From Perna viridis (lineage: Eukaryota): 64,000 bases of DNA. The stretch spans positions 1,497,170 to 1,561,169 of the forward strand of contig CM074525.1 in NCBI GenBank assembly GCA_037379345.1. The letters are read 5' to 3'. The position numbers and the translations under genes were made by a program. Under the pieces are notes generated by a model. It had not been told where the DNA came from and searched no databases. It was given only the letters and a program-made list of their open reading frames with translations. Each line of letters begins with the position of its first letter. The first letter of the stretch is position 1. This document shows, piece after piece, positions 12,402 to 24,795 of the stretch.

Positions 12402-13272
12402 CAGTCGACCTCGATGTGTCGAACTCGGATAACTCGAACTGATTACAAAGTCTCAGCAAAACTCCCCTTACTCTAATACAATTTTACCTCGGATGACTCG
12501 AACTCAGATGAATCAAAACCTCAAATAACTCAAGTGAATCAATCAGTCTCCTCGATAGGACTTCGAGGTTAATTTACCCTGATGTCTTGAAGGAAACTAA
12601 TTAGTTGGAAAACATATTGTTTTATTACATATTTGAAGTGTGTTTTAACAATGATTAGCATGGCTTTTGTTGATACTTTTTATGTCTTGGTTTGTGTATA
12701 TGATTAATTGAAAATTGTGTGTGTAGTGAAAAGAAACAAATTTTATCATTTACACATCGGAATTCACACTAACAGTGATATTTTGATATTTTGATATAAT
12801 CTTAAAAAATTGTAATGGTATCTGACTATATAATGAAATATCAAACAGACGATAGTAAGTGTATTTCAACAACTACATTCGTTTTGCAAATGAATTTGAA
12901 ATTTTATCGTAATAATGTAGACCACATGGTTTGACAATATTCCTGATTATGAGTCAAAGAAAGTAGCATGTTATGATATGATGATATAGAAAAAATATAA
13001 ACGAAATTTCACTAGAACACTCGTACTTGGTGCCATTCAGTATTTCAAACATGATATACAACATACAATAAAATATCTTCCTATATGAAACACAAGACAT
13101 TATGAAGTACCATACAAAGTGAGGTACATGTACATGTAGAAACACAACAAAAGATGTAAATGCAGAAACAATCATTGACAAAACTACTAGTATTACCGGT
13201 TTATCCTCGACCTTGGATAACTCAAACATTTTTGCATGGTCCCTTCGACTTCGACTTAACAAGTTTTGTTTG
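12402..13272. mobile_element. TA-flanked Tc1/mariner/pogo-type MITE (CAGT terminus, tcga-rich subterminal repeats)
   Basis: ta|cagtcgacctcgatgtgtcgaactcggataactcgaa ... cttcgacttaacaagttttgtttg|ta; related to 45707-46355. Confidence 0.6.
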
Positions 13273-13627
13273 TATTTTCATTTGACTACTTTCACCTTCA
13301 GAATCAAGGAAAACAGACAAGATTTTCCATATCATGCTGGACCATTTCAATATGAACTATGGACTATGAAATATGAACATTTCAAGGGGAGATAACTCTG
13401 TCAAAAACCTCATTTTTCTAACATTTTATTGAAAAATTTCTGAGCAAAGCCTGTGATGCAGAGATCAATTAGAGGTCTTTTCAACTTAGAGAAAGTATCC
13501 TTGAGTGATATTTTATTGTTAGATCGGTGGGGTTTTGACATATATGTTTCTCATTTTTCCTTTTTTGCCTGATTCTTACAAACACTTACACTTAATTATA
13601 TGCAATAGTAGCTTATGTAGAAGATAA

Positions 13628-13751
13628 ATTGCCCACAGGACCGTGATATTGCCTGCCCACAGGACGGTGATATTGCCTGCCCACAGGACCGTGATATTGC
13701 CTGCCCACAGGACCGTGATATTGCCTGCCCACAGGACCGTGATATTGCCTG
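13628..13751. repeat. 24-bp minisatellite x5
   Basis: gcccacaggaccgtgatattgcct. Confidence 0.95.
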
Positions 13752-14513
13752 AAATGTTGATAATAACCTGAAAGAGTAATCAAGGGAACCAAGATTCTAG
13801 CAGAAATCAAAAGAATGTTATCCAGGGACGAAGACCAGACTTGGAAAACAGACAAACACAACAAAGAACATGAAACAACTTAAATAATACATAAAAAGTA
13901 ACAAATATACCTTAAATGAGCAACTCAGACTCCACTAAAAACTGGAAGCATGGACCAGGTGCACCGGTAGGGTAAGCATCCAGAACACTTAGCATGAGAA
14001 CACCTGCAACTTAATCTCTTTCCACACCTTTTTCAAAAGAGTTTTCTCTGCGGCTACTTGTCACAGCTACTTGTCACAACTACTTGTCACAGCTACTTAA
14101 TATTTTGACAGAAGCTTTATATAAGTATTTAACTAGATTTTTCAAACGAAAAAATTGGCTTCTAATTTGATGATGTCCAGCATTATAGACCACTGCCTAA
14201 ACTTGTCAATCAGCTTTGACAGATCCTTTCCTGAAACTTAGGAAGGTCTATATTGATTTTCATGATTTTTTGCCATAATTGTATTGGAGTTCTGACCCTT
14301 TTTATAGGAAAAAAAAGAATTGGTACATTATCTGTTTAACATGGAATCATGTAGGAAAATCTGTTAGGGGGTAGGGGAGTTGGGACATGCCCCCCTTTTG
14401 GTAGAAAAGATTGGTTGACAATGTAGTAAAAGTGAAAATCACTTGAGGCCTCCCTCCCCCTTTTTAAAATTTTTAGACTTATTGTTGCTTCCATGTTTTA
14501 TTCTATAAAGAAA

Positions 14514-14893
14514 TTAAGTAGCTGTCTTTGTAAGAATCATGCAAAATCTTAAAAACGTGATACACCCCAAAAAAGGCTACATATTTTTATTTTTGTAATT
14601 AAGTTGATTTATGGGTCTATAATTATGAAATGTGTAATTATTCATTTAAATCTGCCTGCTCTTAGGAGATAATCAACATTGAAAATCCAATAGATTCTAT
14701 TGTATTTGAGCGTTATTTACAGAGTTATCTCCCTTAATTTTGAAATTTACAGTGCATTTTATATAATTTTGAATATATGAAAAACCGAAAGTTACTTTCT
14801 GTTTCCTATGGCAATTCAAACAAAAATAAAAATATGTAGGCTTTTTATCCATGAATCACATTTCACATGATTCTTAGCTGGAGTGCTACTTAA
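14514..14893. mobile_element. TTAA-flanked MITE (relative of family C); partial second copy ~35130-35443
   Basis: ttaagtagc..taagaatcatgca ... catgattcttagctggagtgctacttaa. Confidence 0.65.
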
Positions 14894-15735
14894 TAAGACT
14901 TCAAATGACAAAAAGGGGTAGGGAAAATATCATATGCTATTTTGCAACCTCATACCGATAAAATTATATTCATAGTGGGAGATTTTTCAAGTGTTTAGCT
15001 CCTAATCCACTAAATAGTAATATCATTTAGTTCTTTCATTTGATATTTGCTTGAGGATTATCATTGACAGTTGTCTGTCCTTGGAAGTTTTGTCTGTGTC
15101 AATTGAAAAGTGAAAGAAAGAAATAAGGACTGCAAAAACAATTGTTTGAATGTCTGGAATGAAAACTTTAAAAGAAAAGAAAAAATGGACTGAAGCTTGT
15201 TATGATAAAATTATGATGTGACTAATTGCATAAAAAATGCCTAAAAGATATTACAAAATTTAACTAAAAATAGAATCCATGATAATATATTTAAACCCAG
15301 TCACCCCTACCACTTGAAATGGACTCACCCAATGTGTTTGATAGGTAAAAGGAAGGTTTTATGTCTCATGATTATGCATCTTTTACTTGTCAGTCAAGAT
15401 TTGTTGTATTATCTAATTGGAGTTTGTACTGATAGAATTTGAAAAGGGAGTCAGTGGTGGATCCAATCTCCAGTTTTATTTATGAGGTGTGCAAATACCC
15501 ATAATTTGAAAATTTTGGAATGAAGGACTGCTTTAAATACATTCACAACAAACACTGGATACCCAAATGCCTAGCTTCAGTGGCAGAGGTTTTTACTTTT
15601 AAGTAATTTCTGTACTTTCAATGAATTTTGACTGAAAATTTTGTTACACGAATTGTGAATATATCCATAAGTATCTAACTTAAATCATGCAGAGTTTAGG
15701 ATGTCATAGGTCATTTTCATAAGAAATGTATTGCC

Positions 15736-16006
15736 TTAAGGAGGTATACCTATGGTAAGGGACATAAATCTTGAAATCAGTGATATGTTTGTATCATATT
15801 CAATTTCCCCAAAGCATATCAAGCTTTCATTTGAAACAGAATGAAATCAATCAAGTTACTTTTATGCTAAATATATAAACGATCCAATGAATAAAATGAA
15901 TCCAAGTTCAGTTAGATGTTTACATAAGATTGACGTAAAATGCTGAATACAAACATTCCAATGATTTTTAAGAGTTATGTCCCTTGCCCTAGGTCTACCT
16001 CCTTAA
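15736..16006 (+). mobile_element. MITE family A, full length
   Basis: ttaaggaggtatacctatggtaagggaca ... tgtcccttgccctaggtctacctccttaa. Confidence 0.85.
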
Positions 16007-17256
16007 AGTTTTTTAAAGTTGTGAAGAAAAATAAAGATATAAAAGGCATGGTTATTCTGACAATGCCAATATATTCAGCTTTCCTCTTCTTACAGGTTAC
16101 ACCTGCATCATTTTAGGTTTTTCCAGAATTTGGTTTATGCAGGTTTTACTGTATATAGGAACATTTGAAGACAGAAAGTAACTAGTTGTATATATTAAAT
16201 TGTGGTATTGTCCTGGGTCACTGGAGGTCAGTGATTTGTCATTCAATTTGGAAATTAGATATTTTCTGTTACCTATTAATTTTCTTTTTTAGGCCAAATG
16301 CATTTAATTTCTTACCATTTGTTTCACTATGATATTTGTTCAAATGAAAAGGTGCAGAAAAATGCAACATTATTGTGGTAATGTTTATAATTTTAAACCA
16401 GATTAGGATATTTTCTGTAACTTATAAATTTTCTTTCTCAGGCCAAATAGTACTAAGACAAGGTATTATTTGAATTAAGAATTATTTTGGAGTTAAGAAA
16501 AATGATTAAAAAAAATTTGTAAAACTGACCCGTACTAAGGGGGTTACTCTTGGCATGGCTAAGGGTAAGGTTAGTCGAATATCAGAAGGCAAGAAAACTT
16601 AATAACCCCCTTAGTCATGATGGCATGATAAGGGATTTCATTTTGTTTCAAATGAAAGCTTGACAGGCTTTGGAGAAATTGAATATGATACAAACATATC
16701 ACTGATTTCAAGAGTTATGTCCCTTATCATGGTAGTTCATACAAAACAATAATAGAAAAAAATTTTATTGCGATGTTTTTATTATAGTGAACAAAATTTA
16801 GATTTTTTTTCTGTAACAAATTGATATCCATTTCTATGCTAAATGATGTTAAAGTGTCTTTCCTATTATTATTTTCAATTGTTTCATAGATAAATTTTAA
16901 AAATATTTACTGTAGTCATTTAAAAATTTTTTTTAATAATGTTGTAAAGTTAATTTTAAAAAATTACAATCAAAATTCATTCAAGGATTACTGGTCTGAT
17001 TTATAAGGGGTTCAAATTTACTTTAAGAGTCGAAGGTCTTGAACCTTTCCAATTTTTGAAATCAATGGTCCACTTTAGGAAGACCAAAAGTACTTAATGA
17101 AGTGTAAGTGAAAAGGGTTGAAGGTCAAGGACCTAATAAGACTCTAAATTTCAAAGGTCCTTCATTTGTAGGTCAGAAATATGAGGGGCATATCTGTTAA
17201 CCTTCATTCTTTAGAAGGGAGACTCCCTCTTTTTAGGTCAATCTCCCACTTTGATA

Positions 17257-17320
17257 TAGTCTGAATATAGCTGAAATATTGCTGCTCGGACGTTAAACCC
17301 CAACAACCAAACAAACAAAA
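17257..17320 (+). mobile_element. 5'-truncated SINE/LINE 3' end with 12-bp TSD
   Basis: cccactttgata at 17245-17256 and 17321-17332 flanks ..atagctgaaatattgct..gacgttaaac plus a (caaa)n tail. Confidence 0.8.
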
Positions 17321-17500
17321 CCCACTTTGATAAAGTCTCTCATGAGGAAGACACAAATCTCCCTCTTTCACAAATTTCTCCCCTCAAAATCTCCCTCTTA
17401 GCAGAAATATTGCACATATTATGTTCTAAATGACTTATTAAATTGATATAAATCAATGTTTATGTAACATAATAATCACTGAGAAACAATCAACAAATAA

Positions 17501-17895
17501 TGAAGTACTTCTCCATCTAAGAATCAGGCAAAATTAATATACGGTGTTCCACATGAAGGGAAAAAACACAGAGATTATATTGCATTATCCAATTAACAAT
17601 ATCTGATAACCGCCAGAAATAACCATCTAAGTGTTTGTAAAATTTGCCCTTTTAAGATATTGATAGGTTAAATTCAGTTGAAATGCACTATGGAAAAATG
17701 GCGGGAAAAATTCCCCACACTTTTTCCATACGTAAGCAGTCAAAAAATATCTAGGTCACGGATGCTTCAGGATTAATTTAAGAAGTTGTTCATTTGTTTT
17801 CTAGATGTATTAAATATATCTGAGGCAAAAAAGACCAAAATTAAGGAATATGATGTGCCACCCATTGTCTGATTCTTACACAGAATGGTACTTAA
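17501..17895 (-). mobile_element. MITE family C (~390 bp, TTAA-flanked); other copies 46696-47086, ~50739-51108, 57964-58354 (+)
   Basis: TIR-like ends aagtaccattctgtgtaagaatcaggcaa / ttgcctgattcttagatggagaagtacttaa shared by four near-complete copies. Confidence 0.8.
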
Positions 17896-17967
17896 TCCTT
17901 TTGTTGTACTTATTACTCAAATTTTGATTAGAAACTTTTAGTAGATTAATACGAATATCATAGATTT

Positions 17968-18250
17968 CAGGGGCGTAGCTGCCTATACGCAAATACGCAG
18001 TTGTGTACTTTCGGAAAAAGTAACATAAATAAAAACACACATTTTAAAGATGAAATGAAGGTTGTTTATCACATATGCATACCATGAACGTAGTATAGGC
18101 TCTGAAACACTGGCTCCAAAATTGTTAAAATTCAGGATTTTCCCTCTGGGCTTTGCCTTGCCGGACTCACAAGGGGCCTTGAGCGACCCCCCCCCCAAGA
18201 CCCCTCGCTGTAATTTTGCGAACAACTAAAAAGGCCTAGCTACGCCCCTG
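17968..18250. mobile_element. MITE with perfect 13-bp TIR caggggcgtagct / agctacgcccctg
   Basis: Perfect TIR, flanked on both sides by gattt (apparent 5-bp TSD, single copy in the empty site near 26249). Confidence 0.8.
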
Positions 18251-21028
18251 GATTTTACATCATTGTCTTATCTTTGTACCTGAATTTATGGAAAAATATT
18301 CCTATTTTTTCTGCGAAAGAGATTGTCATGATAAATCTCCCTATTAGAAAAGATGAAACGAGGAAGAACTCTCTCATTGAGCATTGAAAAGGTTAACAGG
18401 TGTGGAGGGGTCCAGACCTTGGTCCACCACTAATTTGAACGCCTGTTTACTTTTCATTTGGTGTTAAAATTTACACTGTTAGATGAATCGAATGTAATTT
18501 ATCATCTGATGGACATGTAAAATTTATAAGCTCTTTTTTTTCAAATTAGTCTTGTGTGTGGTCTTCAATGTCTAGCATTATGTAAAAATAGAAAATTTAA
18601 CTTCTTTGTTGCATTCATGCAATACACAATGGTAGGTTACATCCACAAGATACCTAACTGCTGCACATCAAAGGGAGACAACTCTTTCCCAGGGGAAGTA
18701 ACTCTGTAGTCCGTAAATAGGAATAAATAATGACAAAGTAAATGTAAAAACAATTATATAGATTGATATTCCCTGTCTTCTAGGTCAGTCTCCCTCTTTG
18801 AGAAAGTCTCCCATGAGGGAGACATGAATCTCCCTCTTTCACAAATTATAAAGATAGTTAAATGTCAAAATTAAACAAAGACAAAAAAAAAAGAAAAGAA
18901 AAGAAATAACACAATGAATTAGTTTGGTTTGCCCTTTTTCACAAGATAGTTAAATGTCTATTTCGATTCTCTACAACAGGTGACAGTTTTTTATTTGTGA
19001 TTGAGCAGATTGAAGTTTGTATGACATGATCAAATTGAAACTCTTTGAATTGTTTAAGTGAAAATGGAATTTTTTATTTATATTTCTTAAGCAAGAAAGC
19101 TAAAGGCTTCACAGAGTCTCATTTGTATGCAAGTGTCAGAGATGTTCTTGAGAAAAAAAAATTTGCATGTTTGTTGCTTTGTGGAGATAGAAAAAATAGA
19201 TGGAAAAACACAACTTGGATTTTGATATGATTTTTTAGAAAATTCTTGATTCACATCTAAAAGACTTTAGTGTAGGAATTTTATCTTTCTGTAATGGAAG
19301 CATCACTGGAATAATTTGTTGTGCAATTTGTGGGAGTAATTTCCCCTAGTTGATTAAATTGAGTGAATTATCTCCCTTTGACATTTTTTGTGTATTTTCA
19401 TCAGCGGCAGATTCATTGTTTGGTATCATCGATGATGTTAAAAGGATTCAAGATTTTCTGATTTAAATGATTCTCCGATATCCCAGGTCATCTCCAGAAT
19501 TCTCTGATATCCCAGGCCATCTCCGGAATTCTCTGATAATTTGAAGCACGGAAAATATTATAAACTTGAGTGCCACTTAATTTCTGTTTTTTTTCTTCAA
19601 TTTCTAAAAATAACTTAATGACCAAATGTAGGAAGCAGACTATTATTCTGTTAGAAAGTTGAATAGTAGAAATTTACTGCAGAAACAAAATAATGATTGT
19701 GATTCAATCTGGAAACTTAATAATCATCCTGTTTGGTTAGCCATCGTGAAGTGTAATTACTGGAATGAAAATTCAAATTTGACGTGAAAATTACGAATAA
19801 TTGCACAAATTTACGTAACAGTTGATTGTAAATCTATTGATTTTTAGAGGGAAAATTCCTAAATCATCTTGTAACTAGTTGCTATTTTGAATTTTATCAG
19901 TTTTTTTTTTTTATTTAAAGTTCAAAACTCTCAAAGTTTGAGTTTATGTCAAAACTTTCACTTGAGAGTAACAATACAAAAAATTCAAAGTTTTCTTAGT
20001 TTTTAAATTCAACTCAATTTTTTTTTTAAACTTTCATGTTAATTTATAAAGTTTTTAATTGGTTAGATTAAGAAAAATTGAAAAATAATTTTATTACAGA
20101 AATCATTTTAAAATATAGCTTCCCTTAGTCTATATTTTTAAGTCAAAAAAGTATTTTTTTTGATAACGTTTTTTATTTATAGATCATCACAGAATATAGC
20201 AACAAATCAGCCTGGCAGTAAATTTTTACTAAATTCGAAATTAGCTACTTTTTTGTGACAATTAATTGTAACTAAATTCAACTAACACAGAGAATCATTA
20301 GGAAAGATGATATAACATGGCATTTACAAAGATGTCCACTGAACAGTGAATAAATTTCTGATAGTACATAAAAGCTTGTGGATGTAACTTAAAAACTGTT
20401 TATGCATCAAGACACACTTTACGGAAGTCTCCGTCTCCAGCATGTAAGGTATACCAATCTGTAGCACTTTCTTTTGGACTGCAATATCAGTGATAAATAG
20501 GAATATTCTATGGCTATGAATTATAGTTGAATTTCAACCATATGGATTACAATTGTGTAGTAAACCTAGATATTTAAGAAGGAACAAGAGATGAATATTA
20601 ATTTGTTTTTAATGTGGTAAATTGCGAATTTGAATCAACAATTTTTAAGAGATATAACCAATAATTTTGCTTTGTAAACTTTCAAGTGAATGAACTAAAA
20701 TAGATAAATTTGTGATGGCATTGATACTAGATCTGGAGAAATAGATAGTATTTAACTATTACCTTTGAACTTTGACACTACAGAATCTGTGTGAGAGGTA
20801 TTAGTGAAAAAACTCAACCAGAAAATACTTGAATTAATGGTGTCACTAAGCTACACCTTGATAAGTTTGATCTTTTACCCCTGACCTTGAGCAATGAAGA
20901 AACTTATTTAAGGATATTTTGTTGGTGGAAGTTGAACACCTATAGCAGAGGAGTCTCATTTTTTGTACTACGTGAGAAAACAATTGTTTTGAAACATTGA
21001 CCCTTGATCTTTGACCTTTGAACTAAAA

Positions 21029-21085
21029 ATGAGTCGATTTGAGGATGGTGAAAGATTGCATGGTGTTCTACTTATAAATGAAAAG
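21029..21085 (+). CDS. Candidate alternative first coding exon (MSRFEDGERLHGVLLINEK) of the large + strand gene
   Basis: aaaATG, in-frame upstream TGA at 21005, donor AAG|gtcagt, phase 0. Confidence 0.35.
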
Positions 21086-21771
21086 GTCAGTATAAAGATG
21101 TTCACTTTTTTTTTGCAGGTTCAATTAGCCAGCATTCCACAGTTTAGTTTAGTTTCGCACTTTTGGCTAGGGATGAAAAATGACATGAATGGAAACCGGT
21201 GGTTGCTATAGTGATAAAAAATGAAGAATCTATTGTTGATAAAACATTTTCTGAAAAAGGGAACTGTTAAAAGTATTTTTCAGTGTGTTATATATTTTCA
21301 ATGTTGAAGGGGCTTTTTTTCAATGACAATTTGACTTCATTGTGAAAGTGAAAGTATGTCAATTTTTTACCATGCTAAATTTAATAAGTGGATTACAAAG
21401 TGAAATAGCTAAAAATCTAACAGGCGATGCCCATATGAGGAAGGGGTTTTCGAAGGAAAAAGTTTGGACAGTTTCAGGGGATGAAATAAAAATTTAAGGT
21501 ATTTTGTGGGAAATTTGATATTTTTAAACCTGATTTTATTAACTTTTTTGCAAATTTTCGCATATTTTTGCATGGTTTCTATGGTAACCTTATTTGCTGT
21601 GGGTAATTTTTTTCCAGAACATTTTTGCTGCATCCTGAAGGCCTTGGCTTGAGCTATTTCTAGATATATAGATTTACAGATGCTTGACAATTTTTTAAAG
21701 TGATATATGTTACAAAGCATCAGATTACAAGACCAAAATTAGGCAGTTCTACAATACTGTAGAGTGCTGGC

Positions 21772-21991
21772 TTAAGGAGGTAGACCTAGGGTAAGGAACA
21801 TAACTCATGAAATCAGTGATATGTTTGTATCACATTCAATTTAACTGAAGTCTTTCAAGCTTTCATTTGAAACAGAATGAAATCAGTCCAAGTTACTTTG
21901 ATGCTTACATGAGATTGATGTAAAATTGTGAATACAAACGTTCCAATGATTTATAAGAGTTGTGTCCCTTACACTAGGTCTACCTCTTTAA
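21772..21991 (+). mobile_element. MITE family A, full length
   Basis: Both TIRs and TTAA flanks present. Confidence 0.85.
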
Positions 21992-22374
21992 AGAGATTAA
22001 GCAGTCTTATAGAGGCTGTTTCTCAGAATTTATGCTCTACTCATTGTCCACCTTGCCATAATACGGTTCATAAAATAGGAGAAAAATACGGATTATCTTT
22101 AAGATCATGATCAGGTCAAGGTTTGATGACTTTTATTATGATTTATGAAATGGGTGTTTATTATATAGCAGTCTTTTGTTATTAAGAAACCCACCAATGT
22201 ATTTGCAGATTTTCCTGTAAATGGACTTTCTGTTTTGCTTATTTCCATGATGCAAACTTGCAGGTCACTTCTCAGATAGTAATTCTACTAGTCTATATAT
22301 TTTTAAACCTCTCCACATGAATTGGTGAGGTATTTTGCGATACTCTCCAAAAAAATTGTATGTGCAACTGTCAA

Positions 22375-22765
22375 TCTTTCTCTGTCCATCCTTCAGTCCA
22401 TCCTTCCATTCATTCTTCTGTCCATCCTTCTGTTCATTCTTCTGTCCATCCTTCTGTCCATCCTTCTGTTCATCCTTCTGTTCATTTTTCTGTCTATCCT
22501 TCTGTCCATTCTTCTGTCCATCCTCCCATTCATTCTTCTGTCCATCCTTCTGTCAATCTTTCCATTCACTCTTCTGTCCATCCTTCAGTCCATCCTTCTG
22601 TTCATTTTTTTTCATCCTTCTGTCTATCCATCTGTCCATCCTTCTGTCCATTTTTCCGTTCATTCTTCCGTCCATCCTTCTGTCTATCCTTCTGTCCATC
22701 CTTTTGTCCATCCTTCCGTCCATTTTTCCATCCATCCGTCTGTCCATTCTTCTGTCTATTCTTAC
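22375..22765. repeat. Expanded 12-bp (tccatccttctg)-type microsatellite inside a HINE-like element
   Basis: Direct observation; explains five spurious ORFs. Confidence 0.9.
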
Positions 22766-24684
22766 AGATATTTGAAGTTAAAATTTTGTGTTTTTTAATT
22801 GATTTTATGTGTGTAAATTATCTATAATTTTTTTTCATTATTAGATGGTGGGGTATCACTTACCGGTAATGTTCTATGTATGCCCTATTTTTGTTCTAGT
22901 GTATTTAGGAAAGATTTAAAAAAATTTTATAGTGATAGGGATTAGATGGGGCCATTCACAATTTATCTCATTCCAGCTGAAGATGTTCCACTAAAATCAT
23001 GCATTTTTTTCAAAGCTTGTAAAATTCTGAATATCATTGAAAATTACACATACTCAAAACTGTACTCAATCCCAATCCCTACTTCAGTCCGGAGTTTAGA
23101 TTTCAGAACAGGAGATGTTTTAAAATTGATATTTTTGTTAAGTTACACTCTATATTCCTGTACTTTTTGAAGTAGTTCATGGCATTCTGAGATTTAGGAA
23201 AATTTTCTTATTACCAGTACCTACGTTGTCAACTGTGCAAAAGGAGACAACTCAAATTTTTAATAGCACTCAGTTTAACAGATAATAGAAATTAAAATTT
23301 TGAGTTTTTTAATTGATTTTATGTGTGTAAATTGTCACTAAAATTTCTTGTATAGAATGATGACAAGCATGAACATTTTGCAGATTCTTGATAGATTCTC
23401 GATAGGTTCTCGATAGATTGTCAAGACGGCTTTTTTAATCTCTCTATAGCACTTATGATAAAAAGATTATTTTTTTTTTAATATGGACAAAACATATTTT
23501 GCCATCAGTTAGTATACTGAGTTCACTGGAGGTTTCAGGTTCTGTGCTGTCTGTTTTTCTGTGTATATACATTTTCAGTTCTTTTTATGTTATGCTTTAG
23601 TTTTTGTATCTTCCCCCTTTTGAAAAAAAATCCTAACTTTAACAGTGGGGGTACCAGGGGTAGGACCCTCCCCTTTCTTGGGTTTGAACCCTTTTTGTTT
23701 TGGAAATTCTGTTGATTTCATGCAAATTTGGGCAAAAAATAATCATTAAATGACTTAGAACCCCTTTTTTTCCTGGACCCTCCCCTTTTTCAAAGTTTTG
23801 AATCTGTACCTGTGTTTTATTAGCCTGTCAATAAAATGTTGACCTTTGATTTAAAATACTGAATATCCATATTGATTGCAGCTAGCATTTATGAGCCAAA
23901 AAATAGCCAGACGAAACCTGGAAACCCCCTTTTTTTCTGGACATACTTTATTTTTTTTTTTAATCAATCCATGTGTTACATTTACCTATCAATTAAATTT
24001 TGACCTCTGATTTAAAACATTGGATGTACATATTGATTGCTGCTTTATGAGTTAACTGTTTGACCTGCTCAGTTTATGGCGTCAATTTAAGGAAATTTAA
24101 TTATGTAAATAAATGTATAGGAATTATTATAGATTGGGTTTTGTGGACAGAAAGAAACTAATTTGTTACATACAGGTCTTTGTAGATACCTGGCAAATAT
24201 AAAGATAAAATTTGGGGGTTTTAATCAATCAATATTTGGTAGGATTAACAGATACCACAGAAGTGCCATTTGTCAAAACATTGCTGAAAACATATTGATG
24301 ATATTTTGAAAAAACTGTACAGTACTTGGAGCTTGGTGGTTTTATGGTTTAAGAATTGGTAATTGGAAATATTTGCATAAATGGTATAAAAAGGGCTTCT
24401 GTATAGTGATGCAGCTATCATACAGCCTCTTTTTTTGCTTACCAGAACTTTAGTTTGGGTTGTATTTCTAAAAGGTGTAATAAGCTATAATTATTGAATT
24501 TTTTTCAACTGTTCCTTGGAAATTCATCACATTTTGTTTAAATATTGTGAAATTTGATAAAAAAGAATTGAGACAGTGAATCAACAAATGAATAATGCTT
24601 TGACACTTTTAGTTGAAAAAAAAATGAAACCTAGACAAACTTTATTTTAAAAGATTCAAGATTAAAACTAATCAATGGATTGCA

Positions 24685-24795
24685 ATGAAACTTTATGTAA
24701 TGGAGGGAAGTGATAAGAAAAAACTTACAATAATACCGGAAGCAGAGCTTGTGGACTTTTCTACGACCCTTATTATTGAGGGTCTGCTGAATAAG
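24685..24795 (+). CDS. Candidate alternative first coding exon (MKLYVMEGSDKKKLTIIPEAELVDFSTTLIIEGLLNK)
   Basis: gcaATG, upstream in-frame TGA at 24625, strong donor AAG|gtaggt, phase 0, protein-like composition. Confidence 0.5.

Larger units (their letters stand above)
17191..18403 (+). mobile_element. MITE family B (acctgttaacc TIR, ctccct-rich) carrying three nested insertions; uninterrupted copies 25985-26394(+) and 55485-55934(-), relative at 27474-27761
   Basis: Collinear with 25985-26394 once 17257-17332, 17501-17895 and 17968-18250 are removed. Confidence 0.8.

Noticed and set aside
13301-13395. Possible terminal coding exon (IKENRQDFPYHAGPFQYELWTMKYEHFKGR*)
   Set aside because: Decent acceptor but no identifiable partner exon or homology; unsupported
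18617-18631. Tiny first exon MQYTM|gtaggt
   Set aside because: Too short to distinguish from chance
21086-21118. Intron between the gtcagt donor and ttttgcag acceptor
   Set aside because: Only 33 nt, below the normal spliceosomal minimum
22322-22827. Overlapping 146-158 aa ORFs
   Set aside because: Translations of a 12-bp microsatellite, open in several frames on both strands
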